DNA of 64,000 bases from Chiloscyllium plagiosum (taxonomy: Eukaryota). The stretch's first letter is position 1. Each line of letters starts with the position of its first letter. The notes under the pieces were generated by a model that made no database searches, was not told the DNA's origin, and saw nothing but the letters and a program-made list of their open reading frames with translations. This document shows, piece by piece, positions 11,649-24,666 of this stretch. The position numbers and the translations under genes are program-made. The stretch covers positions 19,136,229 to 19,200,228 of the forward strand of contig NC_057750.1 of NCBI RefSeq assembly GCF_004010195.1, read 5' to 3'.

Positions 11649-11899
11649 GACTCTTGTGACACAGTACTAGTATCCATAGCTCTGAGCCTAAAGGTCTCTG
11701 TCCAAGTCTCACCTACTTTAGAGATATGCCATTACATCTCTGAATAGGTTGATTAGAAAATATTAAAAGGAAAAACTGATGGAATTCTTGTGCTGCAGTG
11801 GTAGTGTCTCTTCCTCTGAATTAAGTAGGCCTAAATTCAATTCCCACCTGCTCCAGAGTTATATAATACCATTTCTGGAAATGTTGATTAGAAAATATT
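11649..11899 (+). mobile_element. Two adjacent short (~115 bp) tRNA-derived SINEs
   Basis: Head like TGTGGTGCAGTGGTAGTGTC, B-box-like TTCAA.TCCCACC, end GTTGATTAGAAAATATT. First copy is flanked by the 12-bp TSD AAGGAAAAACTG (11637-11648, 11767-11778). Confidence 0.7.
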
Positions 11900-12544
11900 A
11901 AACTAGTGAAATTTACTTTGTTATCTTTCAAAAGGAGGGACACAGCATTGAACATAGACAGAGCTCAATCATGAATATTTATTCACAGTAAGTTGCAGAA
12001 ATAGGACAAAAGGACATCTCACAAAATTTCAAAGGAAAAATTAGGATTTATGCTGTGAATTTCCAAACGTAATTCCTTATCCAGAATTATTTTATAAGGT
12101 TAGTGTGTAAGAATAACAGTACAGAAGGTGTAAAACAGCCAGAGGTAACTAAAAGAAAAAAAAGCATCAAATTATTATAATGTGGAATGTGCTGACTAAA
12201 GGTGTGATGAAAGCAGATTCAGTAATTAGTTCCAAAAGGTAATTGTACAAATATTTGATGTAGAAAATTTGTACAGCTACAGGGAAAGAGCAGAGAAATT
12301 TGAGTAATTAGATAGTAATAGTACGGACATAAAATACCAAGTAACATCTTTCTATGTTCTATCTTTCTATAGTTCAATACTATAAACAAGACTATGCTTT
12401 TGTTGATAGACCTTCCTAATGCATCCCTCCTCCATCTTGAAATATTTCTCATTTCCTTATGAGCTCATTTTAAAGTAGAAGTGGAGAGAGTCTTGTCAGA
12501 CAATGGAATCAAAAGTTATCAGAGGTAGATGGGAATGTGGCATT

Positions 12545-13565
12545 TGTTATGAAGGTATAGAGGTGTTCTATACATTTTAAGAGAGAGAGGAAGTGAGCAA
12601 GGACTTTCTAAAAGCACAGAGTGTCCTGAATAATTTTAAAATGTAATATTTGGTTGAAACAAATAGCTGGAGTTGCATTGCTATGGAACAAAAAACAAAT
12701 TTAAATTCAGCCAATCTGTTTAAATTATGCCCCAGATACCAACATTCAATCAAATTTGAATTTCATGTTTTTATGACATCAAACCAATGACATGATCCAA
12801 TGCTTTGGGGTATAAAACCAGACATTTTGAACAGTTAGGGGGAGAACTGCCAAGAAAAACAATCAGTATAGACTGAGAGCCAAATAGTTCTCTGAAAGGT
12901 ACCTGCCCATAAGAAATTGGTGCAACAGTTCACCAAAGCTGACCTAGAGATAAATCTACAGAGGAAAATTGACAAAGGAGAATCGACAAAGCTGACTGCT
13001 TTTGAAACATGATTTTGTTTTTTGTAAATCTTCATCAGTTTTTTTGATTGAACCAGTATTTTAGTGGGAGGTAAATGATAGGTTTAAGATAAACGAGTTG
13101 TAAATAGTTATGGTTTAATGTTTAGATTAGATTACTTACAGTGTGAAAACAGGCCCTTCGGCTCAACAAGTCCACACCGACCTGCCAAAGCGCCACCCAC
13201 CCAGGACCATTCCCCTCTTCACCTAACACTACGGGCAATTTAGCATGGCCAATTCACTTGACCTGCACATTTTTGGATTGTGGGAGGAAACCAGAGCACC
13301 CGGAGGAAACCCACGTAGACCCAGGGAGAATGTGCAAACTCCACACAGAGAGTCGCCTGAGGTGGGAATGGAAGCCAGGTCTTTGGGGCTGTGCCGCCCA
13401 CATGTTCTCTGTTAAACTTAAAGAATAAAATTATTAATTTTTACTTCAAATAGTGACCTCTGGGATAGTTCTTTGCCTCTCAAAATTTAACAGGTTACAG
13501 TGCGAGGTGGACGTCTCTAGGCGTCAGGTTTAAATTAGCAGAGGGTTTTTCCCAATGTCATAACA
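12545..13565 (+). mobile_element. Solo LTR with 4-bp TSD (contains an HE1 SINE)
   Basis: TGTTATGA...TCATAACA inverted termini; TSD CATT at 12541-12544 and 13566-13569; several CCAAT boxes, TATAAAA near 12811, AATAAA near 13424; splits an old CR1 3' end. Confidence 0.85.
13121..13399 (-). mobile_element. HE1-type SINE
   Basis: Same body and (ATCTA)n tail as the other copies. Confidence 0.88.
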
Positions 13566-15149
13566 CATTCAAATCACAAACAGTTCTGGTATGATCTAAT
13601 TAAATGGCAAAGCAAGCCTGAGGGACTGAAGGGTTTCCTTCTGCTCCTCATTCATACACAATATCTCTTTTCATTTTTTTGATGACGTAGTCCACACTTA
13701 GGCTTTAAACAGCACATTCTAAATTTAATCGTAACCGTATGATTTTTAGCAGATGTCCATTTAGCTCAGCAACATTGCCTTCATATAGATGTAGATTTAA
13801 TAAATTTAACTCCAGGTGACCCTCCAGTCAATGTGATGGGACTTTCTTTAATGGCATGTTAAAGCTTCTATTGCTTGGCCTGTAAAACCAAATCCTCAGC
13901 AAACCAGTCAACCTCTTGAGAGGTTTCCAGCATCCTCAATATTTTGCCTTGTTCTAAACTGCCATTTCCACTTCATGTTACACATTACAGAATATGAATT
14001 AAAGAACAGCAGGAAGTTATTTTGGTATACTGACCAAAATCCTTTTCTCAAGCAATGTCTGGTTATCCATTGTCACACTGTTTGTGAAATCAGGCTGTGT
14101 GCTAAATTCTTAGCTCTGACTTCCTGGATCTGTTTACTGGCAAAGGAAAGTGAGATAATGTGTCTTCACCAATGGGCTCTTGGCTTTATTCCAGCTTTGG
14201 GGAAAAGTTCAAACAGCTAAATTGTGAATATGCTTTGGCAGGATTTGCAGATGCGAGAAACTTGGCTGATTTCTGTGAGGATATGTTTGTGACGTCTGAA
14301 CACCCCTTGTGCACAACAATTACTTTGGAAGTTATTCTGTGGTCATTGAACTTCTTTTTCAATATAAGAAACAGGGGACCAGTCAATCTCCCAATCTGCA
14401 ATACTGTTCAGTTAAATCATGACTAATTTGTATCTTAACTCTGTCAGTCTGTCCTGATGCCAGAACGGAGCTAAATAAACATATTAATACCTGTTTTAAA
14501 ATGTCCAATTGTCACTTCATCCCAACAACATTTTGGAGGAGAGAGCTCCAGATTTCCACTCTCTTTTGTGTAGAGAGTGCTTTGTGACATTGCTCCTGGA
14601 CACACTGGCTCTAATTTTATAGTTATGCTGTCGTATTTGGGATTAAATGGACCACTGTTTACCCAACAACAATGTTATGGTGAAATCACGGAATGTTACA
14701 GCACAGGAGAGTGTTCTGCTTCCTCTTTGGTAGATCTTCACAATTAGTGCTAATCTTCTCTTTACCCAGACCTTTTTTTTGCCAAGTGTTTCTCCAATTC
14801 TCTTTTGTAAAGTTATTATTGCACCCTTTAATGCAGGTGCATTCCAGCTCACATAACTCCCTGCATTAAAAATGTTTTTGTTGTGTCCAATGGAATCAAT
14901 TTAATTACTCTCTCAAATCATTTATGGTTTTGAACATTATTATCAATCTCCTCTTAAGCTTTTCTGCTTTAGAGGAAAACATGAATCAGTACTTTAATTA
15001 CAATATACTGAGCAGATGCTGGTGAAAAATCAAAAGTGTTGTAAATATTCTGGCAGCATCTCTGGAAATAGAAAAGGGCCTGGATCTTCTGAGGAGCAAG
15101 GTTTTCATTAGATTGCTACTGCACACACATTTTCCCAACTCAATGCTGC

Positions 15150-15939
15150 ACTACTTTATGCTGCAACTAGACAAAACGCTAATGCGGCCACATTTGGAAT
15201 ATTGTGTACAGTTCTGGCCGCCATATTTTAGGAAGAATGTGGCAGCATCGGAAAAGGTGCAGAGGAGATGTACCAGGATGTTGCCTGGTCTGGAGAGAAG
15301 CTCTTATGAGGAAAGGCTGAGAGACTTAGGTCTGTTCTCATTGGAAAAAAGAAGGCTAAGAGGGGATTTGGTAGAGACATACAAGATGATCAGAAGATTA
15401 GATAGGGTAGACAGTGAAAGTCTTTTTCCTGGGATGATGCTGTCAGCTTGTATGAGGGGTCATAACTACAAATTGAGGGGTGATAGCTTTAAGACAGATT
15501 TCAGAGGCAGGTTCTTTACTCAGAGATTGGTAAGGGCATAGAATGAAAATGTGTTGCTGGAAAAGCGCAGCAGGTCAGGCAGCATCCAAGGAACAGGGGA
15601 ATCGATGTTTCGGGCATAAGCCGTTCTTCAGGGCTTATGCCCGAAACGTCGATTCTCCTGTTCCTTGGATGCTGCCTGACCTGCTGCGCTTTTCCAGCAA
15701 CACATTTTCAGCTCTGATCTCCAGCATCTGCAGTCCTCACTTTCTCCTCCAAGGGCATAGAATGCCCTACCTGCCATTGTAGTTAACTCAGCCACATTCG
15801 GGAGATTTAAACAATCCTTGGATAAGCACATGGATGATAATGGGATAGTGTAGGGGGATGAGCTGAGAATAGTTCACAGGTCAGCACAACATTGAGGGCT
15901 GAAGGGCCTGTTCTGTGCTGTATTGTTCTATGTTCTATG
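15150..15939 (+). mobile_element. CR1 3' fragment interrupted by a pLTR insertion
   Basis: RPHLEYCVQFW..LFSLEKRRLRGDL..FFTQR; (TTCTATG)n tail. Confidence 0.9.
15546..15750. mobile_element. Palindromic Penelope pLTR mini-insertion (family B) with 14-bp TSD
   Basis: TSD AAGGGCATAGAATG at 15532-15545 and 15751-15764; ~75-bp inverted arms joined at the hammerhead (minus CUGAAGA..GCCC GAAA). Confidence 0.9.
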
Positions 15940-16019
15940 CATTTCTTGCTTGAACCTAACTTTATGAGAAATACAGAGTGTAGTATTCTTTGAAGAGTCA
16001 ATCACTGTGAAGTGGAGTC

Positions 16020-17270
16020 TGAGGGAAGACAGGACACACCCACTTTTTACAGAACTATTCCTCCATGGAAAGTTTAAATGCCTAGTGTGCATGTAACTGG
16101 ATAGGTATGTGGATGAACGAGTGACTAGGTAGGCTGGGCAAGAGTATGAGGTGGCAGATGGGTGAGATTTGGCCTAGGAGGTAGTCAGGGGATCAAGACC
16201 TAATCATGGAGATATTCTGGGATTTGGGTGTGTTGTCTGGAGGTAGTTTAGGTAGGTCAGTTTCGAGTTGTTGGGGTCAGTGTGAGTGATTGGAGGGGTC
16301 CGTTCTTGAGTTTCTCGGTCTAGATTTTTCCTGTCCCTGTTCACTCATTCATTTTTGAGAGAGTAATTAAATTGATTCCATTGGACACAAACAAAAACAT
16401 TTCTGGGTAACTATCCAGGTAAGTATGTAGGAACTGTCAGATGTCACCAAAGGATCCTTCCACAATCAACAGAAATTTAACTCTTTCTTTATCAATGTCA
16501 TCTACTGTATCCGTTGCACCTGATGTGGTCTCTTCTACATCGTGGAGACAGGACACCTTCCTGCAGATTGTTTCAGAGAACATCTCTGGGACACCCGCAC
16601 CCACCAATCCCTCCACCCCGTGGCTGAACACTTCAACCCTCCCTCCCACTCCGTCAAGGACATGCAGGTCCTGGGCCTCCTCCATCACTAAAACTGTTAC
16701 CACCTGGCACCTGGAGGTAGAATGCCTCATATTCTGCTTTGAGACCCGCATCCACGTGGGATGAATGTGGATTTCAACAGTTTCCTCATTTCCCCTCCCC
16801 ACACATTATCCCAGTCCCAAGCCCCCAACTCGGCACTGCCCTCCTGACCTGTCCATCACCTTTCCCATCTATCCTCTCCAATATCCCCAACCTATCACCT
16901 TCTCTCTCACCTTCATCTACTTATCGCTTTCTCAGCTACGTTCCCCCCACCCTCCCCCCCCCCCCACTTATCTCTTAGCCCCTCCGGCCCATAAGCCTCA
17001 TTTCTGATTAAGGGCTCATGCTTGAAACATCAACTCTCCTGCTCCTCGGATGCTGCCTGACCCGCTGTGCTTTTCCAGCACCACACTCTTGACTCAGATA
17101 TCACTAACTGTAAATCCAAGTCAGAAATATTCATGAAGGGTTCTGGAGAGCAGGGAATTTTTCATTGGAAGTTAAAACATCCTGGGCAATTCCCAATGGA
17201 CATGAATCCATCAAGAGTTCCACAGGTTCTGACCCACATCCTGTTTTGATAGCAGATCTTCTACAATCCT
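16020..17270. repeat. Unclassified dispersed repeat (second copy about 50800-51640), interrupted by the Penelope fragment
   Basis: Shared blocks GGTAACTATCCAGG and GCAGGGAATT..TCATTGGAAGTT and a G-rich segment at both loci. Confidence 0.5.
16440..17097 (+). mobile_element. Penelope-like element 3' end (GIY-YIG remnant and pLTR, family B)
   Basis: NVIYCIRCT*CGLFYIVET remnant, C-rich 3'UTR, decayed hammerhead near 17001-17035. Confidence 0.8.
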
Positions 17271-20200
17271 GAGGCCCAAAGAGGTGAGCCAATATTTTCG
17301 AGTCTGTAACCCTTTGTCAGAACTGAAGGGAATTCATAATTCTCAATGAGTATTAAGAAATGATAAATGCCATGGAAATGCATAATATTTTCTGAATTAG
17401 GCTAGTCACATTTCTGTTCATTAATGCACTTAAATGGACTGGAGTTCGACTACTTTGCAAACAAGCTCTCAAGTATAACTATCAAAGAAAAGTAGCTGGT
17501 AATTTAGAACCAACTTCTTGAAGCCAAAGTTATTCCAAAACATTAAACAGTTATCAAAGAGACATAGTGTCAACAATTGCAAGGTCCTGTGTTGTAAATT
17601 GCTCAGTGAAATACATGGCCTGTGTAGAAAGTCAGGGGAATTTGTATGAATGCAGTTGAAATGATCTTGTATGTTTTGCATTTGAAATGTTGAAATGAGA
17701 GTTTATGCGATCTGGGAAGCAATTTGGCTGTTTCTCACTGAAATACTGTATTAATCTGTTGTTTTGCAGAGAATGAGTGACAGTTTGCTTGCTAATGGTT
17801 TTAAGTACGTGTGAAATGATCTGGACCCTCAGTTGCAGTAAGCTCAAGCCAGTATTAATGTGATAACTTTCCTTAGACAGTCCAGAAAGGGAGGTGCTAT
17901 TGGCAAATTGAAGTGAAGTGAGTTGGGAGGGAGCTGGTTTATGTGAGCTCACTGCTGAAGCACATTGTAGGAGGAAACCATATATTGCATCTAATCTCCA
18001 CAAAAACTAGCTCAGGACAGCTGATACTATCACTGGTTGTAAGAGGGAAATGTCCCTATTTCCTGGATAACATCACACTTTAAGTTTGTAAACACTGTTA
18101 AAAGATTTAGTGCAAGGTGCAATGTCATTGCACTCAAGCAGCCCCACTGTTTATTGTCACAGATTAGTTCTGTCCTTCTCCTTTGAAGGTCTCCTATAAT
18201 TTTCGGAAATGTCTCTAGATAAGGACTTGTAACATCCCTCCTGAGGAACTCCCCCCTCCTCTTGTCCTTGAAGTCATCAACAACAGTATTTTTCCAGCAA
18301 CATAAGAAGCTGACGGAAGCTGTCTGATATTCAAATAGCTACTTTCCCCAAAATACGTACTATTTCTCCACTGTGTGGCTGTTTCCAGTCACTGCATGAA
18401 GCTACTTCATGTGCTCCAGGAGCTTGTTCTGTAACCCAATTCATAACATGGAATTCTGTCACAAGCAGATAGCTATCTGCTTAGTCTTAAAACCAGCATT
18501 TGCCAGTGGAGCCCACCTATTATCATAGGTACCTGGTGGAGGACATTGCATGCCTGTTATGGAGAATAATTTGTCACTGGAAATCCATAGGGCGATGACA
18601 GCCTGTTCACTGACGTTGGGAAGACTGGTATCTGCAGCAGGAACCCAGGATGTCACAGCAGTGCACAGGATGGACTGGCAGGTAAGACATTGATGGATCA
18701 GAAACTCAACACAACCAATCCATAGAACCTAAAGATCTGGGGAAGAAAAAGTGTTTAATGCCTCAAAACAGTTAAATTTGATATTTTTGTCCACACTTCT
18801 TTATCTCAATATGGTCCCTCCTATTTCTCACCTATATACTGTCACTAGCTGACATCATTACCATATTAGTTTTCACATATACATTGAAACACCCAGCTTA
18901 ACCTCAACCATCTCCCTCCTTAACTGTTACACCATCTCTAATATATCAGAATGCTTGTCTGACATCCAATATTAGATACATACAAATTTCCTTCACTTTT
19001 TTATTGGAAAAGCTGAAACCATAGTCCTCACAACTAACATTCCCACCTGATTTTATGTTATCAGCAAACTTGGATATACTACAATTGGTCCCCATATCAA
19101 AATCACTGACGTAGATTGTGCATATCTGTGGCCAAGTGCTAATCGTTGTGGTACTTTATTGGTCATGGACTACAGCCTTTGAATGACTCATGTATTCCTA
19201 TTGTTCTGGCATCAGCATCCATATTTTTGTTCGCTTTTAGTCACTAACTTGAATATGATTATATCAAAGAATTAGGATTAGATTTTATGTCACGTGTACT
19301 CAAATACAGTAATTCAGGAGTACAGTGAAAAGCGTACAAAGTCGCCATTCTCCAGCACCATCTTGGTTACAAAAACCAGAAATATAAAAACCAACATCAG
19401 AAATAAAAGAAACAAAGCCAAAAGAAAAGTAAAATGTCCATATCTAAAAGAAAGGAAAATGTCCAGATCTCTGAAAAGCTGTACGGAACGTTCAGCACCT
19501 AGGCCAAGTTGTGGCCTATAGTCTTTTGCTGTCATTGTCTCTGTTTTCTGGGAGGAGCTTTGCCACCACTACTGCCCCCATTGATGGGAGGAGTCACAGA
19601 CTTTCTGCTGCTGCTGCCTCTGATTGCTGGGAGGCTGCTACCATCCCACAAAGACCCATTCTCGCTGCTGTACCAATACCTATGACCTCACCGCAGATGG
19701 TTTCAGTAGATTTACCATCAACATAGACAAAGAAGACTGGACAAACGAAAACAAAAACCATACATTAAGTCATTAAATGCTAGCCATTGCCTATCTACTG
19801 AATTTTAGAAAAGAGTTTTACTTAACTGGAGAATGATTGCAGAATTCTGAGGTGCAGAGGGATTTAAGTATTCAGGTATATGGGTCATAAAAATGAGTGT
19901 GCAGGTACGGCACATGATCAAGAAAGCTAATGGGTTGCTAACATTTATTATGAGAGAATTTGAACATAAAAGTAAGAATTTTATGCTTCAGCTGTAGAGG
20001 GCATTGGTGAGATCCCATCACATATATGTGCGATGGTGGTAGTTCAGAGGACATTTACTGGACTGATACCTGGAATGAAGATAGGTTTGACACGTTGAGC
20101 TTGTTGCCATTGGAATTTAAAAGAGTTAGCAGTGACTTGATTGTAGTATGTAAGATCCTGAATGATCTTGACAAGGTGCGTATGGAAAGGATGTTTCCTG

Positions 20201-20476
20201 CTGTAAATCAGTCCAAAAATAGAGGATGATGTTTTAAATTTAGTGGTTGCCCTTTCAAGACAGAGATAAAGAGAACTTTAATCTTGCAGAGGTCTGTACC
20301 ACTTTGGAATTCTCTGTCACACAAGGCAGCGGAGGAGTGATCATTCAATATTTTTGAAACAGATGAATATACCCTTGTTAGATAGGGGAATCAAGGGTTT
20401 TGGGGCTTACAAAGATGTGTGGAAATAGAAATACACAGATCTTGCGGAATGGTGGAGCAGGCTTGAATGGATGAAT

Positions 20477-20572
20477 CAAGATTAGAGTGGTGCTGGAAAA
20501 GCTCAGCAGATTAGGTACCATCCAACGCGCAGGAATATCGACGTTTCGGACAAAAGCCCTTCATCAGGAATC
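20477..20572 (-). mobile_element. 96-bp pLTR mini-insertion starting at the hammerhead, 13-bp TSD
   Basis: TSD TGAATGGATGAAT at 20464-20476 and 20573-20585. Confidence 0.85.
20537..20572 (-). ncRNA. Minimal type I hammerhead ribozyme motif (intact core)
   Basis: GAUUC-CUGAUGA-A-GGGC(UUUU)GUCC-GAAA-C-GUC-GAU; GUC cleavage triplet; palindromic ACGU; stem I is short. Confidence 0.75.
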
Positions 20573-20653
20573 TGAATGGATGAATGCTGAACTTCTGTTC
20601 CTGTTTTGCAAGTAAGCATGTTCCTATACGTAGTCTGAAGTCCCCCATTATTA

Positions 20654-20848
20654 GGCGAAAGTGAGGACTGCAGATGCTGGAGATCAGAGTCAAGATTAGA
20701 GTGGTGCTGGAAAAGCACAGCAGGTCAGGCAGCATCCGAGGAGCAGGAAAATCGACTTTTGCCCTGATGACACACCTCCACATTCCTGATGAAGGGCTTT
20801 TGCCCAAAACGTCAATTTTCCTGCTCCTTGGATGCTGCCTGACCTGCT
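20654..20848. mobile_element. Fold-back pLTR mini-insertion (family B), 14-bp TSD
   Basis: TSD GTCCCCCATTATTA at 20640-20653 and 20849-20862; short filler between the inverted arms; CTGATGA at 20786-20792. Confidence 0.88.
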
Positions 20849-21924
20849 GTCCCCCATTATTACTCTATTGTCCTTGTTCCATACACCTCCAATACCGTGC
20901 TATAATTTATCACAACTATTTGATGACCTACAAAAACTCTTGTGCCAATGTTTTCTGCACCATACTGCTTCTTAGCTCCTCCAAAGTTGATCCCACATCT
21001 TGATCTTGCAATCTTAAATTCTTTCTTGCAAATCTCATCCTTCATTAACAGTGCTACTGTACCTCATTTTCCTTTCAGCCTCTCCTTCCTAAACTTTTGG
21101 TTTTGCTCATGTCAATCTCATTCATGTATCTTTACATTAGAGGGATTGTAGAAATGTAATATGCTTTTACATTATTTCTCGTCTTGCTGTGATACCCATC
21201 ATGATCAAGCAGCTTGAACATACTTACTGGGATAATTTGTTCCTTCATTGCTTACATTGCTGAGGTTAAGGTCGTTTAATAAATAATTGGGACAGAAGGA
21301 ATAATCGGTTAATACCAGTAATGCTGTCTCCTGTATTTTCTCACCTTTAAGCTTTCTTTACCCGCAGCTGGAGGAGGAATAGTAAATCATACCAGAGATC
21401 ATCTTGGACATAGAGTATTAAGAAACTATCCCAGCAGTCAGTGATTGTCATATACTGGTAGCTAGCAACTTTGACCAAAGGGCTCAAGCTTGCCTCCTCT
21501 CAGTCACTCTGACCCCCAATTATTTGCAGTAAACTGGGTTGGGAGAGAGGAGTCTGGGGAAACTGGGGGACAGCCTGGGATTTCTGTGTTTACAGCTGAG
21601 GAGAAGGGTCAGAGCTCCCCTTCAGACCCCTCTCTCCTCACCACATGTCGACTTAAACCCCGCTCTTCCCTACACTGTGAGCCTCCAACTCTCCTCTCTC
21701 TCTCCTATTGCAGTGACAATATAAGAAGACATTTTTAATGCAGGAAGTGGTTAGAATCTGGTATGCATTGCCTGAGAGTGAGGTGGAGGCAGTTTCAGTC
21801 ATACTTTCCAAAAAGAATTGAACAAGAGCCTGAAGAGAAAGATTTGTAAAGGGCTACAGTGAAATTAACTGTATTACTCTGGAAGATAGCTGCAAAGAGA
21901 GTGGGGCTGACTGGTCTCCCTCAC

Positions 21925-23730
21925 TGCTGTTTTATTTCTGTCATTTGTGGGATGCAGGTGTTGTTGGTAGGCAAGCATTTATTGTCCATCCCTAGTTGCC
22001 CTTGAGAAGCTGGTAGTGAGCTGCCTTCTTGAACTGCTGCAGTCCACCTGCTGTGGGTTAACCTACAATGCTCATATGAAGTGAATTCCAGGGTTTTGAC
22101 CCCATGCAGGATGATGAGTGGAGTAGAGGGGAACTTGCAGGGGTTGTGTTCCTCCATGTATTGGCTGTCCTTGTCCTTCTAGATAGAACTGATTATGACT
22201 TTGGAAGATGGTGAAATTCTACTGTGTACCTTGTGGATAGTGTATGCTACTGCTACTGAACATCAGTGTGGAGAGCACAGATGTTTGTGGATGTGGTGCG
22301 AATTAAGCAGGCTGCTTTGATCTGGATAACTTCAAAATTCTTGAGCGTTATTGGAGCTGCAACCATTCACGCAAGTGTGGAGTATTCCATCACACTCCTG
22401 ATCTGTGCCTTGTAGATGATGTGTAAGCATTGGGGAGTCAGGAGGTGAGTTACTGACTGCAGTATTCCTCGCCTCTGACCTGCACTTATAGCCAATGTGT
22501 TTATGTGGCAGGTTCAATTGAGTCTCTGGTCATTGGTCAGCCCCAGGATGAAGATAGTCAGGGGATTCAGTGATGGTAGCATGATTGAATGTCAATGGGT
22601 GGTGGTTAGATTGTTTCTTGTTGGTGATGGTCATAGTCTGACATTTGTGTGGTGTGAATATTACTTACTACTTGTCAGCCCAAGCCTGGACATTGTCCAG
22701 ATCCCGTTGCATTAGAACATGGACTGCTTCAGTGTCTGAGGAGTCATGAATGGTGCTGAACATTGTGCAATCATCAGCGAATATCTCCACTTCTGACCTT
22801 CTGATAGAGGAAAGGTCATTGATGAAGCAGTTGAAGATGGTTGGCCTAGGATACTGACCCGGAACTCCTGCAGAGATGTACTGGAGCTGAGGTGACTGAT
22901 CTCCAACAACCAAAACCCATCTTCCAATGTGCCAGGTATGACTCCAATCAGTGGAGAGTTTATCCCCGCTACTCATTGATTCCAGTTTTGCGATGGGTCC
23001 TTGATGCCACATTTGGTGGAATGCAGCCTTGATGTCAAGGGCTGTCACTCTCACTTCATTTCTGGAATTCAACTCTTCTGACCATGTTTAAACCAAAGCT
23101 GTAATGAGGTCAGGAGCTGAGGGGCGGAACCTGAATGGGGCGTTACCGAGTGGGTTATTGCTGACCAGGTTTTGCTTGATAGCACGGTTGGTGACACTTT
23201 ACTGATGATCGCGAGTAAACTGATTGGGCGGTAATTAGTTGCGTTGGATTTGTCCTCTTTATTGTGTACAGGACATAGTTAGACAATTTCCCACATTATT
23301 AGGTAACTGCCAATTTAGTAACTGCAGGTCAGGTGTTATCTGAGGAGCAGGAGAATTGACATTTCGGGCATAAGCCCTTCACCAGGAACTTGGGTCTATC
23401 CTGGTAATCCCTCTGTGGGTCAATACTGGGGTAGACTTTCTGTCTGTGACTCAACCCTGGGGTAATTTCTGATGAAGGGCCTATACTCGAAATGTTGATT
23501 CTCTGGCTCTGCGGATGCTGCCTGACTGGCTGTGCTTTTCTAGCATCACACTCTCGACTTTGATCTCCAGCGTCTGCAGTCCTCACCTTCTCCTAGTGTA
23601 GTAACTGTACTGGAAGAGCTTGGCTAGGGGAGCAGCAAGTTCTGTAGCACAAGTCTTCACTAATATTGTTGGAATTTTGTCAGACCCCACAGCCTTTGCA
23701 GTATCCAATGCCTCCAAGCGTGTCTTGATA
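21925..23730 (-). mobile_element. L2/CR1-group LINE RT and 3' end, degenerate
   Basis: ALDIKAAF, IFNCFINDL, IFADDCT, KAVGSDKIP..LAAPLAKLFQYSY. Confidence 0.8.
23326..23596. mobile_element. Fold-back pLTR mini-insertion (family B) with ~75-bp foreign spacer
   Basis: Inverted hammerhead arms (minus near 23355-23390, plus CTGATGA at 23469-23475); TAGTAACTG on both sides. Confidence 0.78.
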
Positions 23731-24666
23731 TCGCGTAACAGTTCTGCAATACTATTCTTTTCCATAAGTGGTTAATTTCAATGATGTTAGTCAGGGTACA
23801 AATGTCACTCAGGACACCAAGGAAAACTCGTCTGTTCCTTTTCAAAATTGGGTCTCAGTATCTTTATTGGCCACATGAGAGGGTAGGTGGATCCTTCATG
23901 ATAAACTGTAAAAGGTCAGGGATGACCTGTAAGTTCCCATCCATGCCACAGTCCATCTTGACTTGAACCACATTATGGTTCTGTCTTTAGCATTGGGTCA
24001 AACTCCTGAAGCTCCTGTGTGTTATGGACTTCAGTTCTCCAAGAAGGCAGCTCACCATCACCTTCTCAGAGGCAATTAAGGATTCAAAAAATGCTGGCCT
24101 GTTGTCCATGGAACCATCTGGATTGGAAAAAGAATATTTCTAGTAGATTGAGGGAGAGAGGAAGGTCTTAATCATGGTGCAACGATGTGTGGATGTCATA
24201 GGCAGAAATTCCATCCACCAACTCTTTAGGGCAAGTGTTTAACAGATCCTAAACCCAAATCTCAATTTGTGTTTAACTATGGGAGAGAAAATCTATTCTA
24301 CATTTACATTTACATACCTTATACCAGATTAGTTACAAATTCCATATACAACAAGTCAATGAAGAAGAAGCTGATTTGCTTGAAATTCAGGGTATGTTGT
24401 GAAGACCAGATGCCTAGCGGGAGCAGGAAATGCATTAATCAGCAATAAACCTGTGGAAAGACCATATGTTTGAAGTTGAATAAATTTGGAAGTGAGGATT
24501 GAGACTGTTTAGTTTACATCTGGGAACAATTAAGGTGTAAGTTTCTGAAAAGTGCTTTGGTTACTCAAATAACTTCTTGTCTGCGTTTTCCTGGCATCTT
24601 GTTGCCAGTGGCTTCTCTTTCATTTCCATTTTGTAATTTTTCCCAACCCCTGGATCTTTCCCCTCC

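Larger units (their letters stand above)
19800..20620 (+). mobile_element. Old degenerate CR1 3' region
   Basis: Decayed RT C-terminal motifs (LEFKRVSSDLIVVCKIL). Confidence 0.7.

Noticed and set aside
18529..18687. Possible exon (CATAG acceptor, CAG|GTAAGA donor, one open frame)
   Set aside because: Weak polypyrimidine tract, unrecognisable peptide and no partner exons; cannot be supported without RNA data.
21330..21450. Strong splice-acceptor-like tract ending CCCGCAG
   Set aside because: All frames stop quickly and no convincing donor or known peptide follows.
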